This document shows positions 16,101 through 25,234 of a DNA stretch of 54,978 nt, one piece after another. The notes beneath the pieces were generated by a model, which saw only the letters and a program-made list of their open reading frames with translations, searched no databases and was not told where the DNA came from. Made by a program: the position numbers and the translations under genes. The stretch is from a virus. Lineage: Duplodnaviria; Caudoviricetes. Numbering within the stretch: the stretch's first letter is position 1; each line of letters begins with the position of its first letter. The stretch lies in IMG/VR virus record IMGVR_UViG_3300048839_001570, positions 1 through 54,978 of that record; one strand, 5' to 3'.

Positions 16101-16588
16101 TGCGCACCGGCACGAGGTGCGCCTCCTCCAGCGTTCACCACGACGGGAGAGCTGCCCAGCACGACCGGCAGGGCGGGCTGGTACACCTCGACGCTGCGGC
16201 CGGCCGGCCCCATGTTCCCGCCCGAATCGATGCTTGCCGCGGACATGACCACCCGATCGTTCCCGGAAAGCCATCCGGCGGGGATGACCGTTGTCATCTC
16301 CACCTGGTCGCTCTCGCCCGGCGCAATGGTCTCGCAGGCCGCGATCGGCATGCGCTGCTCGTCCTGACCCTGTATCCACACCCATATCGTGACAAAATCA
16401 GCGCCGGCAGGAATGTCGGCGGCTCTAACCGTCACCTGAAGGAGGGTCCGCTCCCCCAGATCGTTGACGAGATCCTCGACGGAGACGAACGAAGGATTCG
16501 GCGCGGGGAGCGAGCCGGTGGCCCGTAGGCTGAACGGCGCGCCGCCCGTCGTGGGAAGGCGATTGCCGGACGTGATGTAAGCACTCAT
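13103..16588 (-). CDS. 1161-aa protein with C-terminal BNR/Asp-box double beta-propeller (GH74/VPS10-like)
   Basis: ATG at 16588 coupled to upstream stop; Asp-boxes SLDHGRSW, RTLDGGQTF, RSTNGAATW, KSTDGGNSW, RSSNYGASW, RSTNGGAAW, RSLDRGVSW, RTTDGGSSW; PEPDPDP linker. Confidence 0.8.
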   Translation of the reverse strand: MSAYITSGNRLPTTGGAPFSLRATGSLPAPNPSFVSVEDLVNDLGERTLLQVTVRAADIPAGADFVTIWVWIQGQDEQRMPIAACETIAPGESDQVEMTTVIPAGWLSGNDRVVMSAASIDSGGNMGPAGRSVEVYQPALPVVLGSSPVVVNAGGGAPRAGAQAWVLESDVAVENAVPASISVGVLVRANAQATPVFHALDWSGPTALAGQEWAWRVRAQNTAGAPFEFVGPWTAVAASVAAPPDFGEGEVLDDTNSELLTLLGAGGVWYQGVRITDPDHPAHAAQGGVDYLAWSHTTEVIDAETGELRPRRPSGEANKGVRHAAFSDSESPNYSCYELRLNQNFQEKSWADKTGTPSSAAPERIALTWSSTPDTTDVAAAEWADWGPIRDLQIAPPAGLDPGSEPEPDPDPDPVPIATTGSKRMPFQNEAEWNASQQDGYIGGDALQLMTWVEQSRSNPNYIVKTQDMGGPWVSLDHGRSWWKPRCKGLRTQLMNSVGIDPIDHLHWTVVGTGAWAGVTPFQGLYRTLDGGQTFVRTFTFSGVEGKDVGGLVAAGRSSGSGGIAQRWYALVNRQAPGSGGVQPGIYFLRSTNGAATWTQVGSIGSGSDILQLGTHGIIRQVVVHPTDPNIVFFASSTGLWRITNAGGSTPTVTRISVTGLSGGFSTLPYVEMVGGNLHIVVGNGGGIRKSTDGGNSWSTVSSQSVSRLFVSRWEPEFMVATGRAGRPLVRNGGSFSESAAVPARPGYPRTSSPAETGASWIIFSPRAGEMYFKARGIVLQNADFRSSNYGASWAISNDYFSGTQSQVTSSTGQGFSRNRSIFGIGIVDAGVCVTRAAGRHWRRSDISLAALNISHRSCTAFAIHPDYPAVPIILAIMDRTSGGKFAMCNREDLSGWFRPSGVSSSSTKTRFIGWDVSNAQFAYAIRSRSTNGGAAWSTLGGLPANFEIWGITRNAALANGQAVFAFDNEGTAQRVARSLDRGVSWAVILDFGSRLLNLPGAEAAGAFLPHPSNHNRLFVRGGGSTVRLYRLDEGSGTSRPFTTIQCAPSSISAQMAAGASFDVAGFAVDPRYPNQIWYATNSNPGTGVPMVRTTDGGSSWENLAGLVPDNNLTFMDVHPLTGDVVLTSSNGAFVIAPPYAQAGSIHDGLVQPNRILPLAA

Positions 16589-17304
16589 GGGCGTGACCTC
16601 ATCTCGACGACGCCGCGGATGACGGAGCTTCCGCTGGTTGCAGTGGTGATTGTCAGCCCCGCAAAGCTCGTGGCCCCGAGAAGGGGCAGGAGGTAGAATC
16701 CTCCGCGGGCGAAGCCGGAATTGTAGTAGAGGCGCCCGCCACCTCCTGCGACGCCGGAACTGGCGGCTCCCTGAAGAGCCTCTGGGAGGCCGCTGACGAT
16801 CGAGGTGGTTTGCCCCGAGGCGATGAACCAGATCAGTAGGGAGGATGTCCCCGCCAGGTCGCTCATCGGCGGAATTCCGAACGTCGTCGTCGCCGCGCCG
16901 TCGTCGACTGCGGACTGGCCGATCGGCTGCTGAGGGTCCAGGCCGCGGAAGGCAAGCGCGAACGCGAAGTTCGGACCGGTCCCGAACGAGCCTGCACCGG
17001 AGCTGTTCAGCACCGACGCGAAACGATGCGCGGCGAGAACCCGCGGCAGGGATGCGCCAGCCGGATTGTCGTTTACGAACTCCGTCCAGCCCCCCGCGGT
17101 CGGTGTGACGTAAGTGTACTCCGGGAGGTTCTGACCCGCTCGCCAGGCCCAGTTCGTCGTCCAGTCGCCAACGGCATGCACGGGGTTCGCGATCTGGCTG
17201 CTCGCAATGGGCCCGTTGATTCCGACAAAGGCGATGGTGTTCACGGCCGCGGCGGCGGGCGGGGCGCGGTAGATCGACCGCCGGTGGACGAAGTGCGGGA
17301 TCAC
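16585..17304 (-). CDS. Hypothetical virion/tail-associated protein
   Basis: Coupled ORF in tail accessory block; beta-rich composition. Confidence 0.6.
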   Translation of the reverse strand: MIPHFVHRRSIYRAPPAAAAVNTIAFVGINGPIASSQIANPVHAVGDWTTNWAWRAGQNLPEYTYVTPTAGGWTEFVNDNPAGASLPRVLAAHRFASVLNSSGAGSFGTGPNFAFALAFRGLDPQQPIGQSAVDDGAATTTFGIPPMSDLAGTSSLLIWFIASGQTTSIVSGLPEALQGAASSGVAGGGGRLYYNSGFARGGFYLLPLLGATSFAGLTITTATSGSSVIRGVVEMRSRP

Positions 17305-17975
17305 TCCGGTGCCCATACGTCGGTTTCAAGGAAGGGCGTCCAGAGGGACCCGCGGCGGACCCAGAAGAGCCGCGCAAACACCCATGCGTTAGCCAACTCG
17401 AGGTCTGATCCCTGCGGCCCGCGCGCCCAGATGCCGAGGGTCTCGGAGGTATCGGCCGGGTTCTGCGGCTCCTGGAAGATTATGGCGCGGGGCGTTCCGG
17501 GCTGCTTGAGCGCCAGGAGCACCGGCGCGTACTCACTGACGCCCTGGTTCCACGCCGAGCCCGCGACCGTGATTGCCGTCGCGCCGATGTCGGCGACGAT
17601 GCTGACACCATCGGCGAAGGTCCAGGTGACCACGCCGGAGCTCGGCGTGATCTGCTTCCACGAGGTCGCCGCCGCGAGGTCCTGCGGCGTCAGCGGGATG
17701 TCGGTGGTGGAAGAGAGCGCCTGCAGGACGGTCATGCCGAGCGGCAGTGGCGTTACGCCCGCGGTTCTGCGCTGCCCTGCATCACCGTCGGTCGTGCGCA
17801 CGAGAAGTTGCCCGACTTCCGCAAGGGTCGTCGGACGCTCGATCAGGCCCTGCGCGGTCGCCAGCAGAAGGTTGATGGACTCGATCTGCGAGGGCGACAT
17901 CGAGGTGAAGGCGGCGACGAGCCGCTCGCGACCGAGGCTCGCGGCAAGCTCGCGCTGCTCCGCGGTGAGGCTCAT
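17301..17975 (-). CDS. Hypothetical tail-associated protein
   Basis: Coupled ORF with GGAGGG SD. Confidence 0.6.
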   Translation of the reverse strand: MSLTAEQRELAASLGRERLVAAFTSMSPSQIESINLLLATAQGLIERPTTLAEVGQLLVRTTDGDAGQRRTAGVTPLPLGMTVLQALSSTTDIPLTPQDLAAATSWKQITPSSGVVTWTFADGVSIVADIGATAITVAGSAWNQGVSEYAPVLLALKQPGTPRAIIFQEPQNPADTSETLGIWARGPQGSDLELANAWVFARLFWVRRGSLWTPFLETDVWAPE

Positions 17976-18787
17976 TCTGCTCCCTCCAGGGTGACGTCGT
18001 GGTAGGTCGTGCCGTCGAAGATCGTGGCCACCTCGAGGCCCGCGCCGCTGTCGAGCGTCAGGGTGTTGGTGGCGGCCTGGGCTGTGACGGCGACGGTGAA
18101 GACGAGGGCGACGAAGCCGCCGGTGTTGGTCGCCCGGATGGTGATCTCGGTCGGCGCGCGCTCGGCATCGGTCGGCACGGTGAGCACGCCGGTCGCGGCG
18201 TCGATCGAGAGCCCGGCTATGCCGCCCGAGGCGTGCACGGTCCAGGTGAGGGCGGCGCCCGCGACGAACGGGGCGAGGGCGACGGTGCCCGGGCCGCCGA
18301 AGGCGAGGACCGCAGGGGGCGGGGCCTGCACCAGGGTCGGAGCGGCCGGCGCTCCGACGAGCAGCGCCGAGCTCGTCAGGCTGACGGTCTGCCCGGACCG
18401 GTTCAGCGTCATCCGCGCCGACAGGTCTTGCCCGCTATCGGCAGGCACCGGCGTGTAGGTCGCGGCGGTCGCCCCGGCGATGCCGGCGCCGTTGCGCAGC
18501 CACTGGTAGGCGATGGTCGTGGTCTGGTCGATCCAGTAGGTGCCGCTGACCGAGATCGGAACGCCGACCTGGGCGGTCGCGGCTGAGAGAGTGACGGCCG
18601 TGAGCTCGAGCTGCTGCCCGCCGCCAGTGCCCGTCTCGATCGCCGCGATCTCGTCGGGGTAGTCCGCGAAGGCGACGCCCGTCATGTCCCGGCCCTTGGC
18701 GATCAGCGCGGCACGGATGGCCTGCTGCGCCGTGCGGGTGGCGGCGACGTCCTCCGCGAGAGCGACGAGGTCCGTGGCGAGCGTCAC
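17972..18787 (-). CDS. Tail-associated protein with Ig-like domains
   Basis: AIRAALIAKG...FADYPDEIAAI; YQWLRNGAGIAGATAATYTP; LSIDAATGVLTV. Confidence 0.7.
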   Translation of the reverse strand: MTLATDLVALAEDVAATRTAQQAIRAALIAKGRDMTGVAFADYPDEIAAIETGTGGGQQLELTAVTLSAATAQVGVPISVSGTYWIDQTTTIAYQWLRNGAGIAGATAATYTPVPADSGQDLSARMTLNRSGQTVSLTSSALLVGAPAAPTLVQAPPPAVLAFGGPGTVALAPFVAGAALTWTVHASGGIAGLSIDAATGVLTVPTDAERAPTEITIRATNTGGFVALVFTVAVTAQAATNTLTLDSGAGLEVATIFDGTTYHDVTLEGAE

Positions 18788-19041
18788 GCGCCGCCCCCGT
18801 TGGTGGCATCGACCAGCGCCTGGATCGCCGAGATGGCCGCGGCGAGGTCGCCCGTGGCCGCGTCGATCTGCTCGCCGACATAGGCTTGCGTGGCGAGGCC
18901 CTCGCCGGCCTCGTCCACCGGGCCGGGCTGGAACCGGCGCAGCTCGGGCACTGGCCCGTTCATTCGGATCCCGAGGATCGTGTCGCCCGAAGCCAGCGGG
19001 ATTGCCGGCAGCGCGGTGGGGTCCTGCACCGGGTCACTCAT
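18784..19041 (-). CDS. Small hypothetical tail protein
   Basis: Coupled ORF; LATQAYVGEQID. Confidence 0.6.
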   Translation of the reverse strand: MSDPVQDPTALPAIPLASGDTILGIRMNGPVPELRRFQPGPVDEAGEGLATQAYVGEQIDAATGDLAAAISAIQALVDATNGGGA

Positions 19042-19204
19042 CGTCGCTGGGCTCCGTGGGCAGGTTCGAGAGGTCGAGGTGGCCGTGGTGCTCGCCCGGC
19101 ACGACGCCCTGCTCGTCGCTCTCCTGCAGGGCCGCCTGAGCGGGGCTGCAGTGCATCCGGAAGATCACCTCTCCGGTGCTCTTGTCGAAGATGGAGTAGA
19201 TCAT
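19034..19204 (-). CDS. Small hypothetical protein after J
   Basis: MIYSIFDKSTGEVIF; ATGA overlap with the J stop. Confidence 0.6.
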   Translation of the reverse strand: MIYSIFDKSTGEVIFRMHCSPAQAALQESDEQGVVPGEHHGHLDLSNLPTEPSDDE

Positions 19205-22200
19205 CGCTTGGCCACCAGGCATGTGGCCGCGCAGCGGTATGCCCGCGGCCAGGGAATCTCGGCGTTCACGGTGCCCTTGCGGAACTGGATCGAGACGTTG
19301 CGCGCACCGGCGGCGCAGAACTTGCCGGCCGTCAGCGAAACGTGCATTGGCCCGGTGACCGTCGTGGACTGCCAGGCGACGGTGCCGTCGATGACGATCC
19401 GCCACTCCGCCGCGATGTTGTTGAAGATGGTCGCTCCGAACCCGGTCAGGCCGACCGTCGCATTGACGAGGATCGTGCCGGGGATGTTCAGGGTCACGTT
19501 GAAGCTGACGATGTTGGCGAAGGCCTGGTTGCCGTTCGGGCCGTCGACGTCGGTCGTGCGCTCGACGAAGAGCGGCACGGTGACCGCGTCCTCGCCGATG
19601 GTGAGGCTGCCGACCCAGGCCTCGACTGCCGCGAGGCTGACGAGGTCGGCCTTCTCGGCGGTGACCGCGTTCGCGGCAAGCTCGGGCGTGAAGATCCCGC
19701 CCGGCCGGATCAGGGTCGCGGCGAACTCGCGCTTGCGCACGAGGACGTGCCCGACCTGGAACGACCGGGTCGTGCTCTCGCGTAGCGTGCGCCAGAACAC
19801 CCGCGCCTCCACCGCGTTCGCGGGGGCCGACAGGGTGCGGGTGAAGGTGCGGATCCCGGTGAGGGTGACGACCTCGTTGATCACCGATTCCTGCGTCACC
19901 TGCCCGGCGCGGTCGAACCACTGAACGAAGAGCTGCAGGCTGTGCTGGCCCGACGTGTTGCCCCGCGTAGAGATCTCGAAAAAGTAGGGCTCGTCGCCCG
20001 ACACCGGAAATCGGCGGCAGGCGACGACGCCCGACGCGCCGGTGCCGCCGGAGTTCGTGTACAGGAACGCGTTCGCGTTCTTCATGGCGTCGACGGCGGA
20101 CGGGACGAGCGACCAGCCGGTCTCGACGTTGAAGTCGTCGGCGAGCCGGAAGGCGTTGCCCGGCACGAGGTTAGCCGGGTCGTGCACCACGATGTCCCGC
20201 GCCGAGACCCGGCCGTCGAGGTCGATGAAGTCGTAGCTGATCTTGAAGGTCGAGAGCGCGGGACCGTCCGGGTTGTCGAACGCCACCGCCTCGAGGAAGC
20301 CCTGCGCCTGCCCCGCGCGCTGGCGCAGGACCCACGTGGTCGCGAGCAGGTCGTCCCGCGCCACGACCGTCGCCACCTGGGAGAGCGCCGCCTCCGCGTC
20401 GCCCTTCGTCGCGTCGAGCTCGGTGCTGATCGTCGCGATCGCACCTTGCTGGTCGGAGAGAGCGGTCTCGGCCTGGGTGATGCGCGCGAGCGTCACCGCA
20501 TCGACCTCGCGCACGTCGACGTTGGTGAAGAAGAGGATGACGCCGGTCGCGGCGAGCGGCTGGATGAACACGTTGGCCTGGGCCGCGCCCTCCGGCACGA
20601 TGAAGTCCGGGAAGGTGCGGCGGACCCACGCGGTGCCGGTCACCGTCAGGTCCCGGGTCGTGTTGCTCAAGATCGCATCATCGGGACCGATCCACTGCAC
20701 CAGCACGCGCAGGGTCCGGGACTGCGCGCCCCCGAACACCGCCGCGTCGACCTCGGCCCGCAGGCGCCCGTTGCGAGCGACCGGGTAGGAACCGACCGCC
20801 TGCCCCGAGTTGGTGCCGGCCGCGGCCCGGGCGACGAAGCGCGTCGGGGTAGTCCGGAGCGGCGTCTCCGACGCTGCAAGGTTCCGCTCGACGACCGAGA
20901 GGCCGTTGCTCCATGTGGTCCAGGTGAGCGGCACGACGCCGGCGGCGAGCGCCTGACCGTCGCCGCGGAAAGCCGGGTTGCGCACCAGGTTGGCGCCGCC
21001 GATGCCGGCCTCGAGGACCGAAAGCCGGCCCGCCTGCGCGCTCTGCGCCGAGGCGACGGCGACTACCGCGTCGGTGACCCCCGCGACCGCTGCGCCGTAC
21101 TCGGCCGTGATCTGCTGGTACTGCGCCGCCAGGGCGCCGCCCGGGCCGGTGATCGTGGTGTCATAGGCCGTGATCGCCGCGGCGATGCTGCCCGGCACAT
21201 TGTACGAGATGACGTCCGTCTCGCTCGCCTCGCGGATGTCGAGCACCTCGAGGTTGAAGGTCACCGCGTCCGCGGGCGAGGCCATCTTGCCGATGAAGTA
21301 GATCTGCACCGCGTCGTAGTCGGCGGCAGGCCCCGGACGGCGCCAGACCCGCTCTGCCGACTGCATCCGGTCCGGGTCGATCACGAAGCCCCAGTCCGTG
21401 ATCAGGTTGCCGAAGCTGTTGTTGACCCCGAACGCGTGGCCGCGCACCCACACTCCGTCCGACGCCCGCCGCCACTCCGCGCGCAGGCGACCCCCGCCGA
21501 GGCTGCCGGAGATGCCGACGAACCGGACCGAGACGAGCACATACTCGGCCTCGGGATCTGCCGCGGTCAGCTGCCCCGCGGTCGCCGAAGAGGCGCGGAG
21601 CGTCATCACGCCGCTGCCCGAGGGGATGGTGATCCGGAGCGCCTGGCCCCGGTGACCCGCCACCCGGCTCCCGAACTCGACCACGCCGGAGGTCGTCCAC
21701 CGGGTCAGGTCCGCGCCCGTCCACTCCTGGAACGTCGGGTCGGCAGACCAGCCCTGCCGGCTTCCCGCAATCGCGATGCCGCGGATCTCCTGGATGTCGC
21801 CCGTGTTGATCCCCGCCAGCGCGTCGACGATCGTCTCGAGCTGGTCGAGCGTGTCCTGGCTGAGCGCGTCGACCTTGGCCGCCGCGACGGCCGACTGGTT
21901 CAACGCGTCGATCGCGTCCTGCGCCGCCTGCTGGGCCTCCTCCTCGGCCGCATCGATCCGGTCGAGGATCTCCTCCTCCAGCTCCTCGGCCGTCATGCGG
22001 CGCGGCGAGCCAGAGATCCGCTCGGAGAAGACCGAGGTGGCGTTGCGGGCCTGGTTGGCGCGGGCACGCACCCGGAAGTACCAGACCGACGCGATCGCGA
22101 TCCCCTCGAGCAGCCACGTGCTCCCGAGCGTCGTGCCGAGGCGCACGTCATCGGCAGGGTCCGGGCTGGTGCCGCCCCAGACCTCGATGTCCCGCAGGTT

Positions 22201-24624
22201 GTCGATGTCGGGCATCGAGAAGTAGAGCTGGATCGATCTCACGCCCGGCTCGAGCCGCAGGTTCGTGGGCGGCGGCGGACGGGTCGCCTCCGGCGTGTTG
22301 AATGCCCGCTCCTCCGACCAGTCCGAGACGAGGCCGGTGGCCGAGACCGAGCGGAACTGGAACACGTAGTTCGACGCCGCACCCGCCCAGAGCTGCACGT
22401 CGACGCTGGGCTGCGCCGATCCCGGCAGGCGCCGCCACTCGGTCTGGGCCCGCACCTGGTTCTGCACGTTGCCGCCGATCGTGACCGGCGCACCCCCGAT
22501 GAGCACCGGGGAGCCGGAGAAGACCACCTGGTTCGTCAGCACCTGGTCGCCGACCGGCGTGGCGAGGCGGATGCGGGCGATCCACTGCGAGATCGGCACG
22601 CCGCCCGATTCCGGCGAGCAGGAGAGGGTCGCCCAGGCCTCCGGCCGCGCGCCGGTCGCCTTGGTCCAGATCACGTGGTTGAGGCCGACCGGCGCGGGCG
22701 GCTTGCGGTTGACCGGGAGGATAAAGGGCGGGTCGTCGTCGATGACGATGCCCTGCTCGACCGCCTGGAACTTGTTCGGATTGTGCTCGACCGCCGTGAT
22801 CGCGTAGCGCACGCCCTGCCGTCGGTTCTGGATCACCGTGAACTGCCGGGCCGACAGCGTCGTCGAGCTGATCGCGTAGACCGCGCCGGGCTCGACGCCG
22901 GAGGCGACCGCCGTGAGGGTGACGACGGAGCGAGTGCCGACCACGCTGGCGGCGACCTGCCGCGCGATCCAGCCGCCGGAAGCCGTCGCCAGCCGGAGCG
23001 TATAGGTGACGCCCGCCTGGAACGTGAAGGGTGCGTCGAGAGTGACGACCGCGCCGGCCACCGACACGACCCGGCCTCCGGCGCGGATCCCGACCCGGTA
23101 GCGGTCGGACACGATGATCCGGTCACCGGGCCGGATCGCGGCGTGATCCATGCCGGCGGTGTAGCTGACGGTCTCGGTCTCCTGCGTCTCGGTGTAGATC
23201 AGCCAGCGCGCCGCCCGCAGCGCCTGGCCGTAGCTCGCCACCTCGCTCTCGACGACGTCCGCCACGCGGCGGCCGTAGCGCTCGACCGCCTCGGGATCGT
23301 CGTAGGAGATGAGCGCCTTGATCGCGTAGCGGTCGGTCGGATCCCGGAAGCTCATGTTCGCGGCCGTGCGGCGCGCCGCGAGCGCCGAGGACGCATAGAC
23401 GAAGGACCCGCCCTCGACGTTCGCGTTCGTGACCAGCTTCACCGGGTCCCGCGGCGCGTCCTGGGCGAGCACGATCGCGCCGCGGGACCAGTACACCATC
23501 GACCGGAAGATCGCGGCGACCCGGCGCACGACCTCGTAGGCCTGCTCGCGCACGGTGAAGACGCCGCTGATCGAGTAGCGCCGCTCCTGGCCGCCGCGGC
23601 CGTCGTCGACCATGACGTCGCAGTATTTCGCGATCTGGTAGGCGGTCCACTTGTCGCGGAGAGCGGCCGGTACGCGGTCGCCGAGCCCCCAGCGGTCGTT
23701 GCCGAGCATGGTGAAGAGCCACCACATCGGGTTGCAGCCGGCTTCCGCGTCCGGGAACACCGTCTTCAGGGTCCCGTTCCACATCGACGACTCGTCGTAG
23801 GTCCGCGACGCCTGGGAGTAGTTCGTGGGCACCTGGATCGCGACGCCGACGAGGTCGTAGCTCCGCTCTGGGATGCGCCCGCTGAACGCGTCGGCAGGGA
23901 ACTCTAGCGCGACATAGGCCGTGTCCGGATAGGTGAGGCGCGCCTCGACGATCTCGGTGTAGGAGACGAACGAGATCTCGTCGGAGACCGAGGAGGTCGT
24001 CGCGTCGTCGGTGATGCGCACCACCCGCACGCTGACGGGGCGGGCGTCCGGCAACGGGACCCGGTGCGCGCGCTGGTAGCCGCTGGTGGTCTTGCCCTCG
24101 AAGCGGCCGGAGACGACGCGCTGCCAGCCGGCGGAGCCGATCTGGGTCTCGATCGCGTACTCGACCACGCCGCCGTTCAGGTTTCCGGTCTCGATGTCGA
24201 GCGTGGTGAGCTGGGCGAGGCCGACCTTGACCCGCACCGAGTCGATCGCCTCGTTCGTGATGGTGCGGGCGACCGGCTGCTGCTGCTCGACCACCTGCGC
24301 GACCGCGACCTCGGCCTCCGCCTCGCTGAACCCGGGCACCGGCGCCTGGTCCGGGCCGCCGGTTCGCAGGGTGTAGCGGACCCCGGCGAAGTTCAGCGAC
24401 CCGTCCGGGTTCTCGAGCGGCACGCCGTCGAAGAAGATGCAGCGCCCCGGGTGCTCGGGGTCCGCCCAGCCGCCGATCGGGCCCTCGCTCACGACGTCTA
24501 TGAGCCGCGCGGTCGAGTTGACGAGCAGCGTGTCGGGTGCCTCGCGCGGGCCGCCGCGGCTGCCGCCGCTCTTGTTGTCCTTGGCGCCGCGGATCGGCGG
24601 GAAGAGGGCCGGCAGATCAAGCAT
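19201..24624 (-). CDS. Tail tip/host-specificity protein (lambda gpJ-like)
   Basis: LIDVVSEGPIGG, FEGKTTSGYQR, LTYPDTAYVAL, NPMWWL, QALRAARWLIYTE; FN3, coiled-coil and CBM-like regions. Confidence 0.93.
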   Translation of the reverse strand: MLDLPALFPPIRGAKDNKSGGSRGGPREAPDTLLVNSTARLIDVVSEGPIGGWADPEHPGRCIFFDGVPLENPDGSLNFAGVRYTLRTGGPDQAPVPGFSEAEAEVAVAQVVEQQQPVARTITNEAIDSVRVKVGLAQLTTLDIETGNLNGGVVEYAIETQIGSAGWQRVVSGRFEGKTTSGYQRAHRVPLPDARPVSVRVVRITDDATTSSVSDEISFVSYTEIVEARLTYPDTAYVALEFPADAFSGRIPERSYDLVGVAIQVPTNYSQASRTYDESSMWNGTLKTVFPDAEAGCNPMWWLFTMLGNDRWGLGDRVPAALRDKWTAYQIAKYCDVMVDDGRGGQERRYSISGVFTVREQAYEVVRRVAAIFRSMVYWSRGAIVLAQDAPRDPVKLVTNANVEGGSFVYASSALAARRTAANMSFRDPTDRYAIKALISYDDPEAVERYGRRVADVVESEVASYGQALRAARWLIYTETQETETVSYTAGMDHAAIRPGDRIIVSDRYRVGIRAGGRVVSVAGAVVTLDAPFTFQAGVTYTLRLATASGGWIARQVAASVVGTRSVVTLTAVASGVEPGAVYAISSTTLSARQFTVIQNRRQGVRYAITAVEHNPNKFQAVEQGIVIDDDPPFILPVNRKPPAPVGLNHVIWTKATGARPEAWATLSCSPESGGVPISQWIARIRLATPVGDQVLTNQVVFSGSPVLIGGAPVTIGGNVQNQVRAQTEWRRLPGSAQPSVDVQLWAGAASNYVFQFRSVSATGLVSDWSEERAFNTPEATRPPPPTNLRLEPGVRSIQLYFSMPDIDNLRDIEVWGGTSPDPADDVRLGTTLGSTWLLEGIAIASVWYFRVRARANQARNATSVFSERISGSPRRMTAEELEEEILDRIDAAEEEAQQAAQDAIDALNQSAVAAAKVDALSQDTLDQLETIVDALAGINTGDIQEIRGIAIAGSRQGWSADPTFQEWTGADLTRWTTSGVVEFGSRVAGHRGQALRITIPSGSGVMTLRASSATAGQLTAADPEAEYVLVSVRFVGISGSLGGGRLRAEWRRASDGVWVRGHAFGVNNSFGNLITDWGFVIDPDRMQSAERVWRRPGPAADYDAVQIYFIGKMASPADAVTFNLEVLDIREASETDVISYNVPGSIAAAITAYDTTITGPGGALAAQYQQITAEYGAAVAGVTDAVVAVASAQSAQAGRLSVLEAGIGGANLVRNPAFRGDGQALAAGVVPLTWTTWSNGLSVVERNLAASETPLRTTPTRFVARAAAGTNSGQAVGSYPVARNGRLRAEVDAAVFGGAQSRTLRVLVQWIGPDDAILSNTTRDLTVTGTAWVRRTFPDFIVPEGAAQANVFIQPLAATGVILFFTNVDVREVDAVTLARITQAETALSDQQGAIATISTELDATKGDAEAALSQVATVVARDDLLATTWVLRQRAGQAQGFLEAVAFDNPDGPALSTFKISYDFIDLDGRVSARDIVVHDPANLVPGNAFRLADDFNVETGWSLVPSAVDAMKNANAFLYTNSGGTGASGVVACRRFPVSGDEPYFFEISTRGNTSGQHSLQLFVQWFDRAGQVTQESVINEVVTLTGIRTFTRTLSAPANAVEARVFWRTLRESTTRSFQVGHVLVRKREFAATLIRPGGIFTPELAANAVTAEKADLVSLAAVEAWVGSLTIGEDAVTVPLFVERTTDVDGPNGNQAFANIVSFNVTLNIPGTILVNATVGLTGFGATIFNNIAAEWRIVIDGTVAWQSTTVTGPMHVSLTAGKFCAAGARNVSIQFRKGTVNAEIPWPRAYRCAATCLVAKR

Positions 24625-25234
24625 CGCTCTCGGCGTCCTCGATGTGCACGGCCGCCGAGGCGACGAGGGTGTAGCTCGTGACGCACCGGCCGGCGATCAC
24701 CGGCACGGCCGCGCCCGGCACGGAGACGTTGCCCCCCTGCCCGAACAGCTTCGACCGCGGCTGCTCGCGGTCGTCGTAGGAGGACGTCATGGGCGGGGCG
24801 AGCATCATGGAGATGCCGGAGAGCCCGAGCGACAGGCCGAGCCCCGCGAAGGTGGTCCCCCAGCTGACGCCCTGCGCGGCGAGGAGCCCCGTCCCGGCAA
24901 GCGGCGCGGCCGGCATCAGGAAGCTCACCGCGATCAGGGCCGCGCCGAGCAGGATCTTGCCGAGCCCCCGGCGCGCCGCGCCCTTTGCGCGCGGGACGAG
25001 GTGCATGGCCGCCTCGTCGCCGAACCCGACCGCGAGCTCGTGCTCGGCGATGTCGTTGCCCGACCGGCGAGCGCCGCGGAACACCTGCCAGAGCCCGGCC
25101 TCCACCCGCGCGCGGAAGCCCGGCAGCATGGTGCAGAGCGCCCGGATCGCCTCGGCAGGGGAGCCGACGTCGAGCTCGTGCACCCGCCCGAAGTCGCGAC
25201 CGAGCGCGCCGTGCAGATGGATGGCGCGGAGCAT
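24617..25234 (-). CDS. Tail assembly protein (lambda gpI-like)
   Basis: MLRAIHLHGALGRDFG...SPAEAIRALC; GAAVPVIAG. Confidence 0.9.
   Translation of the reverse strand: MLRAIHLHGALGRDFGRVHELDVGSPAEAIRALCTMLPGFRARVEAGLWQVFRGARRSGNDIAEHELAVGFGDEAAMHLVPRAKGAARRGLGKILLGAALIAVSFLMPAAPLAGTGLLAAQGVSWGTTFAGLGLSLGLSGISMMLAPPMTSSYDDREQPRSKLFGQGGNVSVPGAAVPVIAGRCVTSYTLVASAAVHIEDAESDA

Noticed and set aside
16589-17377. N-terminal extension of the 1424-aa ORF (likewise extensions from 409, 2751, 26362, 28638, 38782)
   Set aside because: They overlap real neighbouring genes; coupled downstream starts fit better
19942-23907. 1321-aa plus-strand ORF (similarly 5731-7239, 34794-36887, 37474-39039, 39319-41379, 47065-49002)
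   Set aside because: Antisense shadows of well-supported genes in high-GC DNA; biased composition and no motifs
5791-24624. Diversity-generating retroelement or invertible tail-fibre cassette
   Set aside because: No reverse transcriptase, invertase or TR/VR pair recognised
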